Positions 51,747-62,630 are shown, numbered from the stretch's first letter. The stretch: DNA of 64,000 bases from an uncultured Alphaproteobacteria bacterium (GCA_944391445.1 CALXTL010000007.1:6996-70995), one strand, 5' to 3'. Numbers and translations are program-made. Notes: generated by a model not told the origin, from the sequence alone.

Positions 51747-52769
51747 TTAATAAATCAATTCGTCGCTGTCTTTGCCCTCACTGACAACAATCTCGCCGGC
51801 ATTGGCCAAATCTTTGGCCGTGGTGACCACATACTGCTGCGCTTCCTCAACATCACGCACACGAACAGGCCCCATTGAATCCATATCTTCTTTGATAATT
51901 TTGCCGGCGCGCGAAGACATATTGTTGAAAAAGAGCTCCTTAATTGTGTCAGAAGCACCCTTCAAAGCCACGGCAAGCTTATCTTTGTCAATATTGCGCA
52001 GCAAGATCTGAATACCCTGCGCATCAATCCTGATGAGATCTTCAAAGGTGAACATCAGTGATTTGACACGATCGGCACTCTCGCGGTTGCGTTCTTCCAA
52101 GGCCTCCATAAACCTGGTTTCGGTGTTGCGATCCAGCGAATTGAAAATGTCTGCTATCAACTCATGCGAATCGCGACGGGTCGACTTGGACAAGTTGCTC
52201 ATAAATTCTTTACGCAAAGTCTTTTCCAATCCGTCCAGTACCTCTTTTTGAACCGAATCCATCCGCAGCATGCGCATGACAATCTCCATGGCAAAATTTT
52301 CCGGAAACAGCGCAATCACTTTGGCCGCGTGTTCGGCTTTAATCTTGGAGAGAATAACCGCAATCGTCTGCGGATATTCGTTTTTCAGATAATTCGCCAA
52401 CACATGCTCGTTCACATTGCCCAGCTTATCCCACATGGTGCGCCCTGCCGGCCCGCGGATCTCTTCCATAATAACCGACACCCGGTCTTTATCCATTGCT
52501 TTGGCCAACAGACGCTCCGTACTTTCGTAAGTTCCGATCAAACTGCCGGTATTGGACAAACGATCATTAAATTCAACCAAAAGCTGCTCAACGACGTTGG
52601 AATTAATCTTGCCCAAACTGGCCATTACCACCGACAGCTCTTTGATCTCTTCATCATCCATCATTGAAAACAGGGTCGCGGACCGTTCCTCATCAAGCGA
52701 AAGCATCAAAATCGCCGCCTTCTGCTGATTGGAAAGTACGTTGTAATCGTCAATGACATTTTGCTTCAT
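51747..52769 (-). CDS. fliG: Flagellar switch protein FliG
   Basis: [38 protein letters not shown]. Confidence 0.96.
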   Translation of the reverse strand: MKQNVIDDYNVLSNQQKAAILMLSLDEERSATLFSMMDDEEIKELSVVMASLGKINSNVVEQLLVEFNDRLSNTGSLIGTYESTERLLAKAMDKDRVSVIMEEIRGPAGRTMWDKLGNVNEHVLANYLKNEYPQTIAVILSKIKAEHAAKVIALFPENFAMEIVMRMLRMDSVQKEVLDGLEKTLRKEFMSNLSKSTRRDSHELIADIFNSLDRNTETRFMEALEERNRESADRVKSLMFTFEDLIRIDAQGIQILLRNIDKDKLAVALKGASDTIKELFFNNMSSRAGKIIKEDMDSMGPVRVRDVEEAQQYVVTTAKDLANAGEIVVSEGKDSDELIY

Positions 52770-52780
52770 TTCGCTTGTCC

Positions 52781-54409
52781 TTAGTTATCGTTGTTATACA
52801 GCCATGAACGAATGACGTTGACTGCGGCCTCGGGATTCTTTTCAACCACATTATTCAGTTTCTTGAGCGAAGATACTTTCACGCGACCGTCAACTTTGTT
52901 GAGATTAATCAGTTCGTCTGTGCCTTCATCATCCTCATTTAAGAAATTCGACAAAAGCAAACTGTCTTCATCCGAGCCCGACAACAGCTTTTCCCCGTTG
53001 CCCTGCGCCGGCTCAAACGCATTGTTGATCAACGGACGAATGACCAACAAGATAACCAGTATTGCCACAATTGCAACACCAAAACCTTCTCCTATGCGCA
53101 ATAACTCTTCTTTTGTGAACCCCATATACAACTCCTCCGCTGCTTCATCCGGCATGGGTTCCATGCCTGCAAAACGCATGTTTTCAACATCTACCACATC
53201 ACCGCGGTTGGCATCAAAACCCACCGCCGATTTAACCAATGCCGTGATCTGCTCCATCTCTTCTTCAGTTCGGGGACGATAAACTTCCTTGCCTTCGGCA
53301 TTCTTTTCATAAACACCGTCAACCATTACTGCCGTTGTCAACCTTTTGATCACGCCGGTATTTTTGACCTTGTTGCGAATAACCTTTGATATCTCATAAT
53401 TTATTGTTTCTTCAACCTTCGAATTTTGATTGTACTGACCGGAATTCGCGTTAACAACATCTCCGTTCGGGATGTTCTGCGCTACCGTCACCGGCTGGTT
53501 GTTCTGCCCCGAAGTTCCCTGCTCAGTCAGCGTCGCCTGTGAACGAATTACCTGACTCTCCGGATCATAAATCTCCTCGTTGGTCACAACCTCATCAAAA
53601 TCCATCTCTATGTTCACTTGCGCCTGCGCTTTGCCGGGTCCGACCGTCTTTTCCAACAGATCCTGAACTTTGGCTGCCAGCTTGCGCTCCTGCTCCAGAC
53701 GCAAAAGTTCGTTGTTCACATTCCTGACTGCCGGGCTGTCCGGATCGCTGAAATCATTGGTCAGTAAATTACCCGCGCTGTCCACAATCGATACATTTTT
53801 TACTTCAAGTTTAGGCACCGCCGCCGCCACCAGTTTTTGAATCGACTGGATGCTTTGCAAATTCAGCTTGCCTTCGCGCGTCTTAATCACAACCGATGCC
53901 GTTGGAACCTGCTCTTCACGAGAAAACATCTCCCTCTTTGGCAAAACCAAATGCACCCGCGCCGAACGGATATTGTCTACTGAACGAATCGTCCGCGCCA
54001 GCTCTCCCTCCAGGGCGCGCACTAAATTAACATTTTGCACAAAATTGGTTGATCCCAGCGCATCCGTATTATCAAACAATTCATAACCGACATTCGCCCC
54101 CTTGGACGACATTGCCAGCTCCGCCGTATCAATCCGCATCTTGTTGACGTCTTCCACCGGGACCATGACTTCTGTCCCGTTTTTGGTCAACTTATACTTT
54201 ACATTCGACGTTTCCAGCCGGTCAACAATCTGTTTGGCATCCTCAAGTTCCAAATCCGTGTATAAAACCGCATATTCGGAACTGTTCATCTGAACGGCAA
54301 TGTATACGAAAAAACTGATTAGAAAAATGATAATCGCGGCAATTGAAGCTAAACGCCCCGCCGACATATTCTTTAATGCTTGCAGTATATTATTCACCAG
54401 ATTCCCCAA
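52781..54409 (-). CDS. fliF: Flagellar MS-ring protein FliF
   Basis: [34 protein letters not shown]. Confidence 0.96.
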   Translation of the reverse strand: MGNLVNNILQALKNMSAGRLASIAAIIIFLISFFVYIAVQMNSSEYAVLYTDLELEDAKQIVDRLETSNVKYKLTKNGTEVMVPVEDVNKMRIDTAELAMSSKGANVGYELFDNTDALGSTNFVQNVNLVRALEGELARTIRSVDNIRSARVHLVLPKREMFSREEQVPTASVVIKTREGKLNLQSIQSIQKLVAAAVPKLEVKNVSIVDSAGNLLTNDFSDPDSPAVRNVNNELLRLEQERKLAAKVQDLLEKTVGPGKAQAQVNIEMDFDEVVTNEEIYDPESQVIRSQATLTEQGTSGQNNQPVTVAQNIPNGDVVNANSGQYNQNSKVEETINYEISKVIRNKVKNTGVIKRLTTAVMVDGVYEKNAEGKEVYRPRTEEEMEQITALVKSAVGFDANRGDVVDVENMRFAGMEPMPDEAAEELYMGFTKEELLRIGEGFGVAIVAILVILLVIRPLINNAFEPAQGNGEKLLSGSDEDSLLLSNFLNEDDEGTDELINLNKVDGRVKVSSLKKLNNVVEKNPEAAVNVIRSWLYNNDN

Positions 54410-54469
54410 TCTCTGTACATCATTTTATACAAAAATACATCTGCCACCGGCAGCCATAAATTTCCCCAT

Positions 54470-54485
54470 TTATTTACGTTTTAAC
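54470..54485. promoter_or_regulatory. CtrA-like box upstream of fliF
   Basis: TTAT-ttacgtt-TTAAC (one mismatch to TTAA-N7-TTAAC). Confidence 0.45.
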
Positions 54486-54655
54486 TTACTTTTTCCCTTT
54501 AGTGAATTAATTATTTGAGATATTCACAGCCCTCATGGCGGACGGCGCCAACCATGCCTTTATCCACCCGGGATATTCCCATAAGCTCCGGCCACCTAAG
54601 AACAGTCTGTCCCGACGCACGGTTCATCCGATCTGCTTAAATCAAAGCCCATAAC

Positions 54656-54684
54656 AAAACCCCGGGACTTCTGTCTCCGGGGGC
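54656..54684 (-). terminator. Terminator after flgE
   Basis: AAAACCCCGGGAC...GTCTCCGGGG. Confidence 0.65.
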
Positions 54685-54715
54685 AAAAAGTTTTAGGAGT
54701 ATTTTTTCAATTGCG

Positions 54716-56941
54716 TCAGACCATTCTGGTCAGTTCATCCAGCATTTCATCGGCCGTTGTGATGATCTTGGTAGATGCCGAATATGCGCGCTGGGTAATG
54801 ATCATGTTTGAAAACTCCGTTGCCAGATCAACCGTTGACTGTTCCAGCGAATTAGAGGCTATTTCGCCGGCGCCGTCGCTACTGGCCATTTTAAGCAAGG
54901 CCTGACCGGAATAATCCGTTTCAATCCATACATTGCCGCTTAAGGCGCTCATACCGTTGGCGTTGGAAAATGTCGCCAAAGGCAGAATTGCAATCGGGCG
55001 GGTTTCGCCGTTGTCATATAAAGCAGTGACAACACCCTGTTCGTCGATGCTAACGCCGGCATAGCTTCCGAAAGTTGCACCGTCCTGCTGAATGTAGTTG
55101 GTGGTGAAGTTTCCGGAAAGGCTGGTCAAACCGTCATTGGTGCCGGGGTTACCCTGGATCAGCGTGATTGGGGTTCCTTCGCCGTAATCACCGTTCATGT
55201 TCTGTGCGCCGTTGGCCCATTCGATTTCCATTTCGCCGACATAAGTATAATTCGGCGTACCATCGGCATTAAACTTAATGCCCGGAACCATTGAACCTGC
55301 CTCAACTTCGGTATTATTTACTTTGAAAGAATTTTTCAACGTAATCGCGTTGAGAGTCAGATCTACAAATTTGCTGGCATCGCCATTGCGGCCTGTGCCG
55401 GCAGCAATACCGCCAAACTCGGTGAAGTCAATCTTCATATCCGGGCCGGTTGACGACGGGATAAATTCCAGAGAAGTGCCGCTTGCCGTGACACGTTCAG
55501 GCTCAGTGATCTGGGCACGGACTTTGTTGGCAATAATTTCCGCCAGTTTGACATTGCTGAATTCGCCGTCTACTTGGGCTTTATCCAGAGAAATCTCCGT
55601 CGGGCCGGTGCCGGACTGCGTGATGGTAAACTCAACGCCGCCGATACGGAATTTCTTACCCAGATAATCATTGCTGCTTTCTGCCGTAAAGCTGATGGTG
55701 GCCGTATTCTTTAACTCATCATCAATTGCCTGAATGGTAAACTGACCGGTCGGAACCCCCGATTCATCCGGGTTGACGGCCGACTGTTTGCAAGCCAATG
55801 TTTTGCTGCAGTCAATGCTCAAGGCACCGCCACCAACCGACTGGACAATGCTGATGGTACCGTTGGCATCCGAAAAACGGTTGGCACCCGGCATTGTCGC
55901 CTGGATGACTTCCAGAAATTTGGCTGTGAAATCGCCGACAGAGACAATACCCGAAGAAAGATCAACCCCGATATTGCCCAGTTGTGCGGTGTCGCCCTGA
56001 TTTCTTAAAAATTCGAAAGTGAAAGTTTGTCCGGTCTGCTCATCGGTGATTGTGATGGTTGAACCATTGGACGGAATTGAATTAAATTCCAACTGGCCAG
56101 CGGCATAATACACGTCTTTTGCCGCATCAGCCGTGCTTTCACGATTACCGGTCAAGGTCACCGTGGCGGCTCCGGGCGGAATAGAGGCTGACATTCCCCA
56201 AGTGTTGGAACTGGTCTTGGTATAGGTCAGATTGAGATTGCTGGCATTGCCCAGACTGTCATAAATCAGCGCACTGACAGAGTGCCGCCCGCCAGCCACT
56301 TCATTGGTCGGGTCAAAAATCGGATCGCCGGAAGGCAGGTTGGCACCGTACTTAATCTGTTGCGTCGGGGTCGCCGAACCGCCGATGGTAGACAGATTAA
56401 TCGGCTGCAAATTGCGAGAATCGACAATGTTGTCATTAATGTAAACGGTTTTACCGGTGCTGTCGTAATAGGCCTTCATATAATTGATGCCGTTGATGTT
56501 GACGACCGTTGCCGCCTCGTTGCCGTCCCACGGCAGGAGCGACCAGCCCTGCAGATAGTAGTTGGCTGAATTTTTCAGATAACCGTTGTTGTCAATGTCA
56601 AAATCTCCGGCCCGGGTATAAGCCCAGACATCATTGGCACCGGGGTTGGCCGATGTATTAACAACGAAAAAGCCGTTGCCGCTGACCGCCAACGCGGTTG
56701 AAGACGAAGTCGAAGCCAACAGACCTTGCGCATTAACAGCCTGCTTCGCAACCGGCTGCACACCGCCAGGCGAATAAAAATTGGTTGACGTTTGCGTGGT
56801 TACAAGAGTTTTGAACGATGTGCTGTTCCCCTTGTAGCCGATTGTGTTGACATTGGAAATATTGTCGGAAATCGCGCCCATCGCATTCGACTGAGCAGCC
56901 ATTCCCGAAATTCCCGATTGCATTGCACCAAATAAACTCAT
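54716..56941 (-). CDS. flgE: Flagellar hook protein FlgE (long, 741 aa)
   Basis: SDNISNVNTIGYK, YTRAGDF, LEQSTVDLATEFSNMIITQRAYSA. Confidence 0.93.
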   Translation of the reverse strand: MSLFGAMQSGISGMAAQSNAMGAISDNISNVNTIGYKGNSTSFKTLVTTQTSTNFYSPGGVQPVAKQAVNAQGLLASTSSSTALAVSGNGFFVVNTSANPGANDVWAYTRAGDFDIDNNGYLKNSANYYLQGWSLLPWDGNEAATVVNINGINYMKAYYDSTGKTVYINDNIVDSRNLQPINLSTIGGSATPTQQIKYGANLPSGDPIFDPTNEVAGGRHSVSALIYDSLGNASNLNLTYTKTSSNTWGMSASIPPGAATVTLTGNRESTADAAKDVYYAAGQLEFNSIPSNGSTITITDEQTGQTFTFEFLRNQGDTAQLGNIGVDLSSGIVSVGDFTAKFLEVIQATMPGANRFSDANGTISIVQSVGGGALSIDCSKTLACKQSAVNPDESGVPTGQFTIQAIDDELKNTATISFTAESSNDYLGKKFRIGGVEFTITQSGTGPTEISLDKAQVDGEFSNVKLAEIIANKVRAQITEPERVTASGTSLEFIPSSTGPDMKIDFTEFGGIAAGTGRNGDASKFVDLTLNAITLKNSFKVNNTEVEAGSMVPGIKFNADGTPNYTYVGEMEIEWANGAQNMNGDYGEGTPITLIQGNPGTNDGLTSLSGNFTTNYIQQDGATFGSYAGVSIDEQGVVTALYDNGETRPIAILPLATFSNANGMSALSGNVWIETDYSGQALLKMASSDGAGEIASNSLEQSTVDLATEFSNMIITQRAYSASTKIITTADEMLDELTRMV

Positions 56942-56966
56942 TTCTTTTCTCCTAAAACTTTAATAA

Positions 56967-57731
56967 TTATACTTTAGCCGTTTCATCTGCTTCTGAAGAT
57001 TCACCACCGGCGCTTTCTTCGCCAGAGGTGTTTCCGCCCATGTTAGAATTGAAATAATCGTCATCACGCATGGTTACGATATATTCAAGTCCGGCCGTAA
57101 CGGCATTGCCTAAACCGATGTAGACGCCGTCACTGTCGTTGGCTACGCCGGTCACCTTGCCAAAAACGGTGGTGGTGACGGTGGCAGCTGTTTCACCGCT
57201 GCCGACTTTGGGCGAGACAATAATCTGATAAGCGCCGTCTTCCAGCTGGTTGCCGTTTGAATCTTTGCCGTCCCATGTAAATTCATGTGTCCCCGACGTG
57301 GTCCCTTCCCCGGTTGCCGTGTACACAACTTTGCCATTCATGTCTTTAACCATAATGGTTACAGACTGAACGTCTTTATTCAGCGTGTAGGTGGCCTTAG
57401 CCTTTCCATCCTGCAGAGGCATAACATCACCCAAAACCTGAGCCGTTTTGCCGATGTAGGAAACAGCCTGCGCCCCAAGATTGGAAATGCCGAGGCTCAG
57501 CAAATTATTCAGTTTTTCATTCATCTGAATTGACTGTTCGACGCTGGAGTATTGAACCAACTGGTTGGTAAATTCTGCCGTATCCATAGGATCCATGGGA
57601 TCCTGATACTTGAGCTGCGTGGTCAGAAGCGTCAGAAACGTGTTCATATCGGCCGACAATGTCTGACGGCTGGAGTTGGTGGTTTCCGTATTTGTCTGGA
57701 CGGCGCCCGTAATTGAACTGATATCTACCAT
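56967..57731 (-). CDS. flgD: Hook capping protein FlgD
   Basis: FLTLLTTQLKYQDPMDPMD..EF..QL; FTWDG. Confidence 0.95.
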   Translation of the reverse strand: MVDISSITGAVQTNTETTNSSRQTLSADMNTFLTLLTTQLKYQDPMDPMDTAEFTNQLVQYSSVEQSIQMNEKLNNLLSLGISNLGAQAVSYIGKTAQVLGDVMPLQDGKAKATYTLNKDVQSVTIMVKDMNGKVVYTATGEGTTSGTHEFTWDGKDSNGNQLEDGAYQIIVSPKVGSGETAATVTTTVFGKVTGVANDSDGVYIGLGNAVTAGLEYIVTMRDDDYFNSNMGGNTSGEESAGGESSEADETAKV

Positions 57732-57749
57732 TGCGGTTTCCTCCTCAAC

Positions 57750-59450
57750 TTACACCCGGATGTTCAACCCTTCAGCAGGGGACCATTCCAGGTTATCATT
57801 ACCGGCAAGTTCTTCGCCGGATTCCTGTTCTAAAACATTTCCGATAAAGTTTCTTAATTCGGAATTGTGATTTTGTTCTTCTTCACCGCGGAAGCTGAAA
57901 TTGAAACTGCCGCCGTCGGTGTCAAAGCCGGCGTCGTTAAACGCCTTTTGCAGAGAATCGACATCACGCTGCAGAATATTGAGCGTTTCCTGGCGGCTAG
58001 CGATAATCTCCGCCTGAAGTTTGCCGTCTTTGGCGATATGGAGTTTGATTTGAACATGGCCGAGATCTTCCGGTTTTAATTGAATATCAATCTTATCCAC
58101 ACCTTTGACGGCCGACTTGGTAATATTCACTTTAACCTGCTCAACGGCTTCGCGGCTCATGCCTTTATAAACATCGCGCAAAGAAGTGTCTTCGCTCCGG
58201 GCAGAAACTTCCGGCTTTAAAATTTGCGAAGCTGCCGCACCGCCAGCCGTTGAATGCGCCTGGCTCAGAGCCGAAATACTCTCCACACCGGATTTGCCTG
58301 CCGTATTGACCGAGACCAAAGCTTCAATATCCGCCATCGGCGCTGCAAAAGCGGCAATCCCCTGCGGGGTGTTGCCGGAAGCTCCGGACGTTGCGGCGGC
58401 TGCATTCGGCAAAACTTTGGCTACAGGAGCATCTTTTTCTTTACCGGCAGCTTCAACAGCTTCGTCAATAATGATTTTGTTTTGCAGCAGATTTGCATCG
58501 CTGCCATCAGCCCGGGAAATTTTTTCCTCTTTGACACTAACATCAATTTTGACGTTACGCTCTTTGCCGATTTTTTCTGACAAAATCTGCGCCTGTTCTG
58601 CCGTCTGCTCGTCCATCACCGGCGTTAACACCTCTTCAGCAGAGATATTCTCGCCGTGGTTTGACACAGACCCGTTCAATCCTTTTTCCGCTTCTGCCGA
58701 CAGCACCTGTATAACGCCGTCCTCCGGCTGAGCCGTTGCAACAAACAACTGCCCGACAGATGCAGAATCCTGAATTTTTGTCACCAGTTCAGCCCCGCTC
58801 ATGGTCACGAGCTCACCGGTTTTCTGATTAAGAACACTGACCTGCGGTTGTGCGGCCAAGGTCTGAAGGTCCACATTTTGCGGCAGAAGAATCAACCCTT
58901 CCGCATTTAAGAGTGCTGCCACAGGCGCTGCCGTTGTTGCTGTCGGGACAGTCGGCACAGCCACCATTTTGGGCGTAGCGTCGGCAAGCGGTTTAACAAC
59001 CGTTGATGCGCCTGTTTTTTCAGCCGACAGAGAGCCCGCTGTCTCAGACATCGCTTCCCGCGGCGCTTCTGAAGAACGAAGCGCTTCAGCCGTGTGGGGA
59101 GCCTCGGCGGCGGCAGCATCCGGCGTTGTTTTTTCTTTGCGACGTTCATTTTTAACCGGTTTTTCCTCACGAACGGGCGCTTTATCTTCATCACGAACAG
59201 AATGCTCTTCGCGCGGGGTTTCTTGCTGCGGGCGCTCAAAAGGAACTTCCTCAGCCGCAGAAGGGCGTGTGTCAGCAACCTGAGCACTCATCGGCTCGGC
59301 AGGGCGGAGCAATGTGTCAGGCGATGACATACTGCCAGCGATCAACCCGGCAAATGCGCTTTGCGTCTGAGAGGACGCATTCTGCGCAGAGGCCCCGTTT
59401 TTGCCGAGCAGCATCTGTATAAGCGAATTATTTACTTCTTTAATATCCAT
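57750..59450 (-). CDS. fliK: Hook-length control protein FliK
   Basis: Low-complexity N-terminus; IQLKPEDLG.V; upstream of flgD. Confidence 0.88.
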   Translation of the reverse strand: MDIKEVNNSLIQMLLGKNGASAQNASSQTQSAFAGLIAGSMSSPDTLLRPAEPMSAQVADTRPSAAEEVPFERPQQETPREEHSVRDEDKAPVREEKPVKNERRKEKTTPDAAAAEAPHTAEALRSSEAPREAMSETAGSLSAEKTGASTVVKPLADATPKMVAVPTVPTATTAAPVAALLNAEGLILLPQNVDLQTLAAQPQVSVLNQKTGELVTMSGAELVTKIQDSASVGQLFVATAQPEDGVIQVLSAEAEKGLNGSVSNHGENISAEEVLTPVMDEQTAEQAQILSEKIGKERNVKIDVSVKEEKISRADGSDANLLQNKIIIDEAVEAAGKEKDAPVAKVLPNAAAATSGASGNTPQGIAAFAAPMADIEALVSVNTAGKSGVESISALSQAHSTAGGAAASQILKPEVSARSEDTSLRDVYKGMSREAVEQVKVNITKSAVKGVDKIDIQLKPEDLGHVQIKLHIAKDGKLQAEIIASRQETLNILQRDVDSLQKAFNDAGFDTDGGSFNFSFRGEEEQNHNSELRNFIGNVLEQESGEELAGNDNLEWSPAEGLNIRV

Positions 59451-59489
59451 GGCTTTTATCCGTGAAAAATTTTAACCTGAGGATAGATA

Positions 59490-59505
59490 TGCAAGCAGCA
59501 TGCCA
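59490..59505 (-). promoter_or_regulatory. Sigma54 -24/-12 promoter of fliK-flgD-flgE
   Basis: Minus strand TGGCAT-gctgc-TTGCA; the cognate activator flbD is in the cluster. Confidence 0.8.
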
Positions 59506-59725
59506 AATTTTACGATTGGAAAAATAAATTTACAAAACAATCTTTGGATGCATATTATTTTATGTTTGGCGTGAAATTCTATCTTTTTGTAAAAATGCGT
59601 GTTTTTGTGTTTTTTGCAGCAAAATTTACTCATTTTTACTTAAAAAATGAATATTTTGTTGTGTTTTTATCAAAATTGTACTAATTTGTGCGGTGAATTA
59701 GTTTTAACTTTAAGAGAGAAAATTT

Positions 59726-60208
59726 ATGACGAATAATCTAGACACTAAAGTTATTGGTAAGCTCGCCGAAATTTTGGATAAGAACAATCTGACGGAGATT
59801 GAATATGAAGACGAAGGCTGCCGCATTTCTTTGAGCCGCAATGCGCAGGGTGTTTGCGCTCAGGCTTTTCAGCCGGCTCCGCCTCCGCCGCCGGTTCCGG
59901 CTCCGGTTTCCATGCCGGCTCCCGCAGCGGCTCCGGCTGCTCAGGCCAGTGTCAGCGAAGATTATTCCAACAGTCCAAATGCCGTTAAATCGCCAATGGT
60001 CGGCGTGGTTTACCTGTCGGCAGATCCGAATACGCCCAATTATGTTAAAACCGGCGACAGTGTTAAAGAAGGCGATATTGTCTGCCTGATTGAAGCCATG
60101 AAAACATTTAACCCTGTAAAAGCGCACAAATCAGGCACCGTCAGCAAAATTCTGGTTGAAGCCGGCGACCCTGTTGAATACGGCCAGCCCTTGGTTGTGA
60201 TCGAATAA
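59726..60208 (+). CDS. accB: Biotin carboxyl carrier protein
   Basis: SPMVG, EAMK biotinylation motif, VEYGQPL. Confidence 0.96.
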   Translation: MTNNLDTKVIGKLAEILDKNNLTEIEYEDEGCRISLSRNAQGVCAQAFQPAPPPPPVPAPVSMPAPAAAPAAQASVSEDYSNSPNAVKSPMVGVVYLSADPNTPNYVKTGDSVKEGDIVCLIEAMKTFNPVKAHKSGTVSKILVEAGDPVEYGQPLVVIE

Positions 60209-60239
60209 GTTTTCGGGTTCATTTCAATAGGATTTTGTC

Positions 60240-61589
60240 ATGTTTGAAAAAGTATTGATTGCCAACCGCGGCGAAGTTGCCTTAAGAATCCACCGTGCAT
60301 GCCGTGAGATGGGCATAAAGACGGTTGCCGTTCATTCCGAAGCTGACGCAACGGCCATGCATGTGCGTTTGGCGGATGAGGCCGTTTGTATCGGACCGGC
60401 TCGTTCGGCTGACTCATATTTGAATATGTCCGCGATTATTTCCGCCGCCCTGATTACCGGGGCGGACGCCATTCACCCGGGATTTGGCTTTTTGTCGGAA
60501 AATGCCGATTTTGCGGAAATGGTTGAAGAACACGGTATTACTTTTATTGGCCCAACCGCTGCGCAGATGCGCCTGATGGGCGACAAGATTACGGCGCGTA
60601 AAGCTGCGGAAGAAGCCGGCATCCCCGTCACCCCGGGATCTCCGGCTCTGGAAAGTGTTGAACACGCCATGGAATGGGCGCACAAAATCGGCTATCCGGT
60701 TATTGTCAAGGCAACAGCCGGCGGTGGCGGGAAAGGAATGAAAATTGCTTTCAACGACGATGAGATGAAAGAAGCTTATACCATGGCTCGTGCCGAGGCC
60801 AAAGCCGCGTTCACCAGCGATGTTGTTTATATGGAAAAATATCTGCAAAAGCCGCGTCATATTGAAATGCAGATTTTGGCCGACAAATATGGGCATGTGG
60901 TTCATTTGGGCGAACGCGACTGCTCAATCCAGCGCAACAATCAAAAAGTTATTGAAGAAACGCCCTCGCCGGCTCTGAATGCTGAGCAGCGCCAGGAAAT
61001 CGGCGATATTGTGCGTAAGGCTATTGAAAAAATAGGTTATACCAATGCCGGCACGCTGGAATTTCTGTTTGAAGACGGGCATTTTTATTTTATGGAGATG
61101 AACACCCGGCTGCAGGTTGAACACCCGATTACCGAAGCCGTAACCGGGATTGACATTGTCCGCGAGCAGATACGCATTGCCAGCGGTGCAGCGCTTGGCT
61201 ATACGCAAGATGATGTTACTTTCAGCGGCCATGCAATTGAATGCCGCATCAATGCGGAAGACCCGGAGACATTTGCGCCCTGCCCCGGCAAAATCACCGA
61301 GTGGCATGCACCGGGCGGTCTGGGCGTGCGTGTTGATTCCGAGATCTATTCGGGGTATTCAATTCCGCCGTTTTATGACAGTATGATTGCCAAACTGATT
61401 GTGCGCGGCAAAACCCGCAATGCCGTTTTGATGCGTTTGCGGCGCGCCTTGGAGGAATTTGTAATTGACGGCGTCAAAACAACCATTCCGCTGCATCAAG
61501 AAATTATCTCGCAGGCTGAATTCATTGACGGCCAATATAATATTCATTGGTTGGAAAAGTTTATGGCTAAGCAGCAGAAAAAAGCCTGA
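60240..61589 (+). CDS. accC: Biotin carboxylase
   Basis: [30 protein letters not shown]. Confidence 0.97.
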   Translation: MFEKVLIANRGEVALRIHRACREMGIKTVAVHSEADATAMHVRLADEAVCIGPARSADSYLNMSAIISAALITGADAIHPGFGFLSENADFAEMVEEHGITFIGPTAAQMRLMGDKITARKAAEEAGIPVTPGSPALESVEHAMEWAHKIGYPVIVKATAGGGGKGMKIAFNDDEMKEAYTMARAEAKAAFTSDVVYMEKYLQKPRHIEMQILADKYGHVVHLGERDCSIQRNNQKVIEETPSPALNAEQRQEIGDIVRKAIEKIGYTNAGTLEFLFEDGHFYFMEMNTRLQVEHPITEAVTGIDIVREQIRIASGAALGYTQDDVTFSGHAIECRINAEDPETFAPCPGKITEWHAPGGLGVRVDSEIYSGYSIPPFYDSMIAKLIVRGKTRNAVLMRLRRALEEFVIDGVKTTIPLHQEIISQAEFIDGQYNIHWLEKFMAKQQKKA

Positions 61590-61608
61590 AAATGAATATG
61601 TTGTCTAT

Positions 61609-61637
61609 AAAAAACCTCCGCAAGCGGAGGTTTTTTT
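61609..61637. terminator. Terminator after accC (island left boundary)
   Basis: AAAAAACCTCCG-caag-CGGAGGTTTTTTT. Confidence 0.88.
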
Positions 61638-61724
61638 GGATGCGCGGCTTAAAACAATTATCGGACTAAAAACTATGATGAGTTTCAACAACTTTGTTAT
61701 AAAATTGAACTTTTCAATAGTTAA
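61637..61724 (+). repeat. Recombinase-tail/att-like repeat copy 1
   Basis: TGGATGCGCG...AATTATCGGACT; reads NNYRTKNYDEFQQLCYKIELFNS*. Confidence 0.65.
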
Positions 61725-61808
61725 ATCTCCAATTCTTAACGTTAAAACTTAATTGCTTTTTAGTTTTTTTATGTTTAAAATTAAGAAAACAGAAGAAAGA
61801 GAAACATA

Positions 61809-62066
61809 ATGGTTTAAGAAAATAAGTTAAATATCACAAACCAGATTGAATTAAATAAAGCTGAAGAAAAGCTCAGTAAAGAAAAGGCTGTCGCTGAAGT
61901 GGCTGCAAATGTTGGAAAATTCTTAAAAAGTCCGATTATTTCACAAAAAAGAGACATTTTGAAATTAATATTATCGGACTGCAAAACTGATGGAAAAAAT
62001 CTTTGTTTTTCAATAGGTAAGCCATTTGATAAGTTGCTAAAAACGCCAGAAATCAACAAATGGTGC
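61809..62066 (+). pseudogene. Fic N-terminus remnant fused in frame to a serine recombinase C-terminal remnant
   Basis: MV*ENKLNITNQIELNKAEEKLSKEKA (Fic-type start with a TAA at codon 3), then QKRDILKLILSDC..DGKNLCFSI.KPFDKL.....KWC. Confidence 0.55.
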
Positions 62067-62226
62067 CGCTGGCAAGAAGGGGTACTCCCGCAAAAGCGGG
62101 GCCTCCTCGCGTCGTAAGCCTCAAACTTCGCATTTCGCTAATCTGTGCGCTAAGCTCAATGCTCGCTTTCGCCAACTACCCGCTCCGGACTTGCGTTTGC
62201 CCCCGCAAATTCGTTCTTGCTACATT

Positions 62227-62267
62227 ACCATGAAAAAAGCCTCCTTAAGGGAGGCTTTTTTCATGGT
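62227..62267. terminator. Bidirectional terminator hairpin
   Basis: ACCATGAAAAAAGCCTCC-ttaag-GGAGGCTTTTTTCATGGT. Confidence 0.8.
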
Positions 62268-62362
62268 GCGCGATACTGTGCAATTATCGGACTAATGATT
62301 ATGAGGAATTTAAGGATATGAGTAGGAAGATTGAGGTACTTCGTGACATTGATGTCAGTTAG
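62264..62362 (+). repeat. Recombinase-tail/att-like repeat copy 2
   Basis: TGGTGCGCG...AATTATCGGACT; reads WCAILCNYRTNDYEEFKDMSRKIEVLRDIDVS*. Confidence 0.7.
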
Positions 62363-62429
62363 TTAAGTTACTTATTTATTGCTTCAAAAAAAGTTCTGCT
62401 TTTAAAAGCAGAACCATTGGTTATTTTCT

Positions 62430-62630
62430 TCAGATGGGAAAATCGCACCAATTGTTTGAGCAATCTATTGCTTCATGCCCATCAGCCAAACATTTTTCCA
62501 TGCAGTTTTTCTCGGTATCGTCAAATATTGAAAAGCCGATGACAATAGCAATCAATATCAATACGATAAAGCAAATAACTGTTAAACTGATTTTAAAAAT
62601 ATTCAAAATATGTTTAGCTATCTTCTCCAT
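62430..62630 (-). CDS. Small single-TM Cys-rich protein (66 aa)
   Basis: MEKIAKH + TM helix + CMEKC...C...WC; start overlaps the upstream gene's end by 13 nt. Confidence 0.6.
   Translation of the reverse strand: MEKIAKHILNIFKISLTVICFIVLILIAIVIGFSIFDDTEKNCMEKCLADGHEAIDCSNNWCDFPI

Noticed and set aside
54525-54650. c-di-GMP riboswitch upstream of fliF
   Set aside because: The class I and II consensus elements could not be matched; kept only as a generic candidate RNA.
61465-61752. 95-aa ORF overlapping the accC end
   Set aside because: Runs through a terminator in a frame different from the conserved tail peptide.
62061-62280. tRNA genes (CCA-ended segments)
   Set aside because: Only about 15-20 nt of 3'-end-like sequence; no cloverleaf could be built.
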